The position numbers were made by a program, and so were the translations under genes. Below are positions 26,670 through 32,000 of a stretch of 32,000 nucleotides of DNA, piece after piece. Positions within the stretch are counted from its first letter, which is position 1. Every line of letters starts with the position of its first letter. The stretch is from an uncultured Nitrososphaerota archaeon (lineage in GTDB: Archaea > Korarchaeota > Korarchaeia > Korarchaeales > Korarchaeaceae), in NCBI GenBank assembly GCA_964480775.1, contig CAYZRF010000003.1, positions 30,001 to 62,000 of the forward strand, given 5' to 3'. The notes beneath the pieces were generated by a model. The model searched no databases, was not told the DNA's origin, and worked only from the letters and a program-made list of their open reading frames with translations.

Positions 26670-27971
26670 GTGGTGATTCCCTTGACAAGTGAATCTTCAG
26701 TAGAAGAGTTTGTCCACAAATTGAGAGGGCCTAAGACAGAATATTTTGAGATAGATGGAGAAACGAAGCTTCTTGATCCTTCAAAGTATCCTTTTGATAA
26801 GAACTCATTGCCAGTTCTATGTAATACTATTGATGCCAGAACGAAGCATTCGTTGGCTTACATTAGCGGGAACAGATCGATTGTATTTCCGCTAGATGGT
26901 AATTGGTTTAAGGCTAAGGCAATTGGCATTCCCTTCGGCAAATCACGTCCAATCTTAAGGGAGGGAAAGCTCTTTTCGTTCTTCTTGACGAATGCAAGCA
27001 TTGGATCGGGAAAGCTAATATGGGGATTTTCGAGGGTTGAAGAAGCTGAAAATGAGATAAAATGGATGAAGAAGGCGAAGGAACTTGATCTCAAAACAAC
27101 TAAGCCTGTTGGGATAGGAATTTACAGAAATGTCTTCGCTATAGATGTAAAAGATAGAATTGATCTTTTCTCTTTTCTAAACAGGACTAGTTTTGAGATT
27201 CTTATGAAAAAGTTTCTTAGAGGATCAAGAAGAGTAAGGGCTGCGTGTATCTTTTGCATTGAACCGTCTGACATAAGAGTGGATGAAGTCCTCTATGCAT
27301 TTAGCTTTCCTAGGATTGAGAAGATCTTAGGAAGAAAGAATTGCATAGACTACCTGAAGTGGCTTGGATCTTCGTGTGGATACAACCTCAGGTTACATCA
27401 TGACAATGGAATAATGCACGGTACTATACAATTGGGCCCTGGCTTCATGACAAATTCTCACGTTGCGAACCATTTGGTAGGAGAGGATAGTACCTGGATG
27501 ACGGACTACCACATGGCAGGAAGTGTGAAAGATGATAACATAAAGAGGATGGAGGTCTTTTGTTTATGTCATGTGATGAATCCCCTACCTCATGCCGAGA
27601 TCATAGCGAGGTCTGGATTTGCAAGAGAGGAGTTTCCGAAGTTTGAACTCTACGAATTACTGCTCTCGCCGTCTTATGAGGCTATGGTAAGCTTAGGAGG
27701 GATGGGTCTAGGAATGCCGAAAGCAGAGCTTACAGAAGCATTCATAGATGGAGTTGAGCGGGGATACTACCGAAGAAGAATCTATGAAGTAGAGAGGGTG
27801 CTTAAAAGGGAAATGTTGAAGAAATCGATTCTTATTAAAGAAAAGATTTGGGAGATATTGAAATTACCTAAAAGAATGCAAAGAGGAGTAGAGTACTTTC
27901 ATCGAGCTTTGCATGCTAGAAAAATAACTGAAGAAAATTATCGTGAGCTAGCTAAGATCATTAATGAATGA
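26670..27971 (+). CDS. Hypothetical protein with a distant protein-kinase-like (Kdo/RIO/Bud32-style) pattern and atypical catalytic loop
   Basis: 433 aa. GTG start (the first Met is residue 133). WFKAKAIG (beta3-Lys-like), EEAENEIKWMKKAKELDL (alphaC-like), IFCIEPS (hinge-like), LHHDNGIMHGT...NSHVANHLV (catalytic-loop-like, without the usual HxD Asp) and WMTDYHMA (DFG-like). TTTAAAA at 26630-26636 is a possible own TATA box. The fold call is speculative. Confidence 0.4.
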   Translation: MVIPLTSESSVEEFVHKLRGPKTEYFEIDGETKLLDPSKYPFDKNSLPVLCNTIDARTKHSLAYISGNRSIVFPLDGNWFKAKAIGIPFGKSRPILREGKLFSFFLTNASIGSGKLIWGFSRVEEAENEIKWMKKAKELDLKTTKPVGIGIYRNVFAIDVKDRIDLFSFLNRTSFEILMKKFLRGSRRVRAACIFCIEPSDIRVDEVLYAFSFPRIEKILGRKNCIDYLKWLGSSCGYNLRLHHDNGIMHGTIQLGPGFMTNSHVANHLVGEDSTWMTDYHMAGSVKDDNIKRMEVFCLCHVMNPLPHAEIIARSGFAREEFPKFELYELLLSPSYEAMVSLGGMGLGMPKAELTEAFIDGVERGYYRRRIYEVERVLKREMLKKSILIKEKIWEILKLPKRMQRGVEYFHRALHARKITEENYRELAKIINE

Positions 27972-27989
27972 AATCTATAGATGGATGTA

Positions 27990-28610
27990 TTACTCCTTTA
28001 CACGCCTTTTTATTTCTTTTGATAGTTTGCTCAGGAGCTCAGCTGGGTTTTTTATTGGATAACTTATCACCCCAGCTATTTCCTCAAGATCAACTCCAAA
28101 AGCCTTTACTCCCTTTAATCTCTCCTTTAGAACCCTTGGGTCTTCAACTGGGAAGTCAAGGCCCTTTATCCTCATTAAAGTTAGGATCGCCCACACTGGA
28201 CCTCCAAGTCCCTCGAGAATCTGTCTTGATGCCTCTATCATGAATTCAACGTCCTCTCTTCCTTTCCTTATTTCATTCCATGCAAGCTTTGCTATTCCTC
28301 CGGCAACATGCTCATCGAACTTTCCAATATACTCTCCTGCCAGCTTCTTTTTGACTGCAAATGGATCCGACTCCAATATCCTTCTTACTGTCTGCTTAGT
28401 TATTCCGAGTTCCCTTGCTATCTCTTCTTCGGTCTTAAACCTGTTCTTTAGTACTATTGCGTAGCAAGCTTCCATGAGGCTCGGAAGCCAAGTGAGATTC
28501 CTGTATTCGATGAGTTTTCTTGGACCTCCAAGTAGCTCTATGCTTTTCATAAAGATCTTCAAAACTTCTTTATCGAGATCTCTTCTAACAGGACCAACCT
28601 CAATTCCCAT
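27990..28610 (-). CDS. HTH-containing putative regulator, partner of the KaiC-like ATPase
   Basis: 206 aa. HTH TEEEIARELGITKQTVRRIL. The ATG lies 4 nt after the KaiC-like stop and is preceded by GGGGGTGA. Confidence 0.65.
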   Translation of the reverse strand: MGIEVGPVRRDLDKEVLKIFMKSIELLGGPRKLIEYRNLTWLPSLMEACYAIVLKNRFKTEEEIARELGITKQTVRRILESDPFAVKKKLAGEYIGKFDEHVAGGIAKLAWNEIRKGREDVEFMIEASRQILEGLGGPVWAILTLMRIKGLDFPVEDPRVLKERLKGVKAFGVDLEEIAGVISYPIKNPAELLSKLSKEIKRRVKE

Positions 28611-28614
28611 ATAA

Positions 28615-29478
28615 TCACCCCCTCAAATCCTCGAGCTTTGGGCCGATCTTTACAAGACCTTCCTCCGTTATGTAAAGCAAGTGGGTGGACGTGTCGTGTC
28701 CAACCATCCTGCAGCCATCTATTCTTATCGTCCTGATCACGGTTCCTATTGGTTTCTTGTAAAGGTTTTCTTCCCACTTACTCTTAACCAGAATCTTCCC
28801 TAACACTATGGTTCCATCCACTATATGGCTGACAGCATATCCTCCAGCTGCTTCTGCTGTCTCTTCCCTGTGCCCGCTCCTCTTTTGAGAAATTAAAATG
28901 GCTGTTTGGCCCCATTTCTTCATAAAGTTAAATATCTCTCTGACTATAGACCTTGCCATGACTTCTTTTGCCTCAAAAAGGCCTGTGACAGAATCTATTG
29001 CAACGCTCTTTACATCGTATTCCTTTATGGCGTAAGCTATTGTGTTTAGCAGAGTCGGAATGTCCTCCCTGAGTTCTCTGTGACTAGCAGCGTCTATCAT
29101 CACTATCCTTTGCTTTATTGATTCCCAGTCTATGCCCATTGCTAAAGATCTCTGCATCAAACCTCTTGCTACGAAAGCTGAAGGGCTCTCGACAGTTATG
29201 AAACATGTTGTATATCCTAGAGACGCTTGCTTTACAGCGAATTGCTCTACCATCAGGCTTTTTCCTGTATCAGGCACCCCCGTTATGTTAATGACTGCTC
29301 TGTAGGGGTAGCCTCCCAGCGACACTCTCTTAATTCCTTTATCTGTAATTTCAACTTTGTAAAAGAGCTCGTCAAGTCCTTCTACTCCTGAAGGAACTCC
29401 GAATAACTTCGGAGCCCTTTTACCAGCCTCATCAGCAAGTTCTATAGCTTCCCTAATCATCTTTTCCATTTCTAACAC
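28615..29478 (-). CDS. Single-domain KaiC/RecA-like ATPase (COG0467 class)
   Basis: 287 aa in the track. Walker A GVPDTGKS, Walker-B-like SVAIDSVT, and the typical GVEGLDELF N-terminal motif. GGAGGT at 29477-29482 overlaps the GTG start in the track and favours the ATG at 29469 (MEKMIRE...). Confidence 0.85.
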   Translation of the reverse strand: MLEMEKMIREAIELADEAGKRAPKLFGVPSGVEGLDELFYKVEITDKGIKRVSLGGYPYRAVINITGVPDTGKSLMVEQFAVKQASLGYTTCFITVESPSAFVARGLMQRSLAMGIDWESIKQRIVMIDAASHRELREDIPTLLNTIAYAIKEYDVKSVAIDSVTGLFEAKEVMARSIVREIFNFMKKWGQTAILISQKRSGHREETAEAAGGYAVSHIVDGTIVLGKILVKSKWEENLYKKPIGTVIRTIRIDGCRMVGHDTSTHLLYITEEGLVKIGPKLEDLRG

Positions 29479-29635
29479 CTCCCTCTTGTTTTTTGAGAAT
29501 TTCAGACCTAATAGAAAACCCCAAAGCCAGATGATATGCTGAGAAGCCGCCCTTAGATGAAAAACAAACGTCCCAATAACTCAGCCAAGTAAAAGGTTCT
29601 CTTCGCATATTTAAGTAGATATCTGACTAGGTATA

Positions 29636-30823
29636 CTACCAAACTCTCACTAAGTACCCCTTAAGATAAGCAGTCCAAGGATGAAGAGGATCGATTGGAT
29701 GATCTTGGGCCTGACTTCTTACTCCCCCTAAGAACTGTATTTTCCTTCTAGCTTTCTGAGCTGCTTCCATAATGATTTTTCTAAACTTCGTTATGCTCAT
29801 GAAATGGCTACAACTAAAGGTTAAGAGAAGACCATCTTTCTCAACTAGCTGTATGGCTGCAACATTGACTGAGAAGTAAGTCTTTGTACCCATCTTGATC
29901 ATATCTCTGTTGGGGATCAAAGCTGGAGGATCCACGATGACAAGATCAAACTTTTTTTCTCTCTTCTTAGCGGAATCAGTCCAATCCTTGACTGATGACT
30001 GAACTACGCTGATCTTTCCCAATACGCCATTCATCATGGCATTCTTCTTGGCTTCCTCGCAAGCATATTCTGACTCGTCAACCATAGTTACATGATCTGC
30101 TCCACCTAACGCTGCTTGAATTCCAAATCCTCCTGTGTATGAAAAAAGATCTAACACCTTGGCGCCACTAGGAGTTATTTGATTAACTAAGATCCTATTG
30201 TCCCTTTGATCTAAAAAGAAACCAGTTTTCTGTCCTCTTAAGACGTCTACCTCAAATTTTGCCATGCCTTCCTCGATCATAGTTCTCTGGGGAGAATCTC
30301 CCAATAGCTTCCCTCTCCAAACAGGAAGATTGAGTTCTTTCCTAGTTCTTCCATCATTTCTCACGTAAACAGCGTCAATTCCCAAGATATCCATCAGAAG
30401 GGCTCCTATCTTGTTGAGCAACCTGTCCATTCCAATTGAGGTTGAAGAAATAACTGCTATATTGGAATAAACATCTACTATTAGCCCTGGAAGCTTATCG
30501 GCCTCACTATGACATAGTCTAAAGTTATTCTCAAGCTTTAACTTTTTACGGAAGCTTAGTGCCCTCAGAAGTCTTCTTTTGAAGAAGTCTAGGTTAACCT
30601 TCTCTTCCGGGTCTGTGGTAAGTATTCTAGCAGCCATCGCTCCAATGCCCTCGTAAAAACCCATTCCAAGGAAGTCGCCCTTATCGTCCATTATCGTAAC
30701 GACATCCCCTGGACTTACATCACCCTCAATTCTGCGGAGCCACTTTAGGTATATGTTTTGTTCTCCTCTCTTAATCCTTATTTTTCCCTCTCCGAATACT
30801 ATGATCTTGCCGGATGTCTTCAT
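29636..30823 (-). CDS. PUA-domain class I SAM-dependent RNA (m5C-type) methyltransferase, RlmI/PH1915-like
   Basis: 395 aa. PUA-like N-terminus (GDVVTIMDDKGDFLGMGFY) and methyltransferase core (VLDLFSYTGGFG, MVDES, LVIVDPPAL). Confidence 0.85.
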   Translation of the reverse strand: MKTSGKIIVFGEGKIRIKRGEQNIYLKWLRRIEGDVSPGDVVTIMDDKGDFLGMGFYEGIGAMAARILTTDPEEKVNLDFFKRRLLRALSFRKKLKLENNFRLCHSEADKLPGLIVDVYSNIAVISSTSIGMDRLLNKIGALLMDILGIDAVYVRNDGRTRKELNLPVWRGKLLGDSPQRTMIEEGMAKFEVDVLRGQKTGFFLDQRDNRILVNQITPSGAKVLDLFSYTGGFGIQAALGGADHVTMVDESEYACEEAKKNAMMNGVLGKISVVQSSVKDWTDSAKKREKKFDLVIVDPPALIPNRDMIKMGTKTYFSVNVAAIQLVEKDGLLLTFSCSHFMSITKFRKIIMEAAQKARRKIQFLGGVRSQAQDHPIDPLHPWTAYLKGYLVRVW

Positions 30824-30999
30824 ATCGATAAACTAGAGAAGGTACAAGTATTAAGCATGAGTCTACCCTACTTATCTTCAATCACGAAGCAAGTTCCCAT
30901 ATTATCTCTCTAATTTTTTGGTTACTAGGAATTCTATGAGCGAAGTAACCTTCTATGTCACCTTTTTCTGCTGCAAGCAAGCAAAATTGAAACCGGATT

Positions 31000-32000
31000 T
31001 CACGCGATGATCTTCCAAGGTAAGCTTTCTAAAGAGATTCCGTGCTTCTTAGCAGATGTATTCATAATTTCGTTCAACTTTTGAAGAACCTCTTTCGGAG
31101 GAAGTTCAGTCTTCTCTTCTGACAAAATTTCTCTAACAATCTCTCTAGCGTTGGTTCTAGGATCTTTACCTCCTTTTAGTTTCCAAACGCTTCTGTCCGC
31201 AACATTAAAAACAGGCCCAAGCATGTGTACTTCTTTCTCAAACCTCTCCATCACGAACTTCATTGCTTTCATGCTTGAGGTAAAGCTCCCTCCAGCTCCA
31301 ACTTCTTTGATTATATCCAATGCAAGTAGTTCTTCATTGATTTCAATTCCTTTCAAAAGCCTGTAGACTATTCCGGCTATTTCATTATCTATCACAAGCT
31401 TTTCAAGGCTTTGACAGCTCTCGAACTCGATCATGCCAGCACCCTCTATTAAGTTGATTCCTGAGAGAGCACCAAGAGCCATACCAAGCATTGCCTCGGC
31501 AGAGGCTTGCTCATCTGGCAAGTTTGAGTTACTAAGTCCAACATACATGTCAGAGGGTAACCCTAAGGCTTTGGCTATTTGGGAAAGAGCAGAAGTCATT
31601 AACACGGTTTCAGGGGATCCTACTAATGTTGTAGCAGTTCTTTGATCAACAGGAGCTGGAGAACCACCGAAAAGGACGGGTGTCCCTGGATTAACCAGCT
31701 GAGCTAGGACTAGACCTGAAAAGAACTCAGCCACGTGTTGCACCAAGGATCCAGCAAGCGTTGCTGGCGAAGCCAAACCTACTAATGGCACAGGAAGGAT
31801 GGACACAGGAATCCCGTATTTAGCTAGATCTATTATATTCTGTGATGTGATTTCGCTCCACTTTAGGGGAGGGGATGGACAACATGTGAAAGCAGCCCTA
31901 TGCTTTCTTGCAAGTTCCTCCTCACTCCCAGCAACAGCAACCAGCATGTTTTTCATGTCTACAGCTCCATCGATGGTAAATGCACCCGTATATATTGGCT
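31000..32000 (-). CDS. MttB-superfamily (trimethylamine methyltransferase-like) protein, partial; N-terminus beyond window end
   Basis: Own reading: the minus frame stays open upstream of the track's Met at 31956 to base 32000 (...PIYTGAFTIDGAVD-MKNMLVAV...). GINLIEGAGMIEFESCQSLEKLVIDNEIAG and ALDIIKEVGAGGSFTSS match the MttB family. No in-frame TAG occurs in the visible part. Confidence 0.8.
   Translation of the reverse strand, partial: PIYTGAFTIDGAVDMKNMLVAVAGSEEELARKHRAAFTCCPSPPLKWSEITSQNIIDLAKYGIPVSILPVPLVGLASPATLAGSLVQHVAEFFSGLVLAQLVNPGTPVLFGGSPAPVDQRTATTLVGSPETVLMTSALSQIAKALGLPSDMYVGLSNSNLPDEQASAEAMLGMALGALSGINLIEGAGMIEFESCQSLEKLVIDNEIAGIVYRLLKGIEINEELLALDIIKEVGAGGSFTSSMKAMKFVMERFEKEVHMLGPVFNVADRSVWKLKGGKDPRTNAREIVREILSEEKTELPPKEVLQKLNEIMNTSAKKHGISLESLPWKIIA

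Noticed and set aside
29529-29584. Possible C/D-box sRNA (AGATGATA ... CTGA ... AGATGAA ... CTCA) upstream of the KaiC-like operon
   Set aside because: The boxes are imperfect (no UGAUGA). The putative D' box follows the C box after only 2 nt, so there is no room for a guide, and the terminal D box reads CTCA. The minus strand is no better.
29453-29608. 51-aa minus-strand ORF (MRREPFTWLSYWDVCF...) in the spacer between the RlmI-like and KaiC-like genes
   Set aside because: It runs out of frame into the KaiC-like start region, has no SD or well-spaced TATA box, and has unremarkable composition. The ~120-nt spacer remains unexplained.
30936-31010. 24-aa plus-strand ORF (MSEVTFYVTFFCCKQAKLKPDFTR) and a TTCTATG direct repeat in the 176-nt MttB/RlmI spacer
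   Set aside because: It is very short, overlaps the MttB 3' end on the opposite strand, and has no supporting signals. The 7-nt repeat is within chance expectation for AT-rich DNA.

Overview
Gene-dense segment with about 32 protein genes on both strands. I saw no rRNA, tRNA, CRISPR array, integrase or transposase. All family calls come from motif recognition by eye, without database searches. The window reads as a (hyper)thermophilic archaeon, possibly a Thermoproteota or Thermofilum-like lineage (inference). Supporting signs are form III RuBisCO, a single-domain KaiC-like ATPase with an HTH partner, an Lrp/AsnC regulator, an archaeal-type radical SAM/SPASM enzyme and K/E/I/R-rich proteins. 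AT-rich TATA-like boxes sit 24-35 nt upstream of first genes, and GGTGA/GGAGG motifs precede operon-internal genes. Many longest ORFs in the track begin with TTG or GTG, so several 5' ends are uncertain. Content in order: partial transglutaminase-like gene and a macro-domain protein. Then a coupled GNAT plus OSBS/N-acylamino-acid-racemase pair. Then ferredoxin-fused, bifurcating-type EtfBA divergent from a GlcD-like FAD dehydrogenase. Then a 2-TM protein divergent from a COG2229-type small GTPase, followed by a PHP phosphoesterase, a radical SAM/SPASM enzyme and a UbiE-like methyltransferase. Then an orphan MCM/BrxL-like AAA+ ATPase. Then a complete sgc-type (galactitol-family) PTS cluster: EIIA, EIIC, EIIB, SgcE-, SgcX- and SgcQ-like genes plus an extra Cys-less EIIB paralogue. 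Then an MFS transporter, a solitary peptide-type ABC permease, rbcL (form III) and purA. Then an OB-fold protein plus DUF3786-like operon, an Lrp regulator with a matching operator dyad, a divergent kinase-like protein and a KaiC-like plus HTH pair. Finally an RlmI-like methyltransferase and a partial non-Pyl MttB-family methyltransferase. The best candidates for undescribed biology are the uncharacterised regulatory/signalling block at 24.1-29.5 kb, the orphan AAA+ ATPase at 11.4-13.1 kb, and the archaeal sgc-PTS cluster with its degenerate EIIB.
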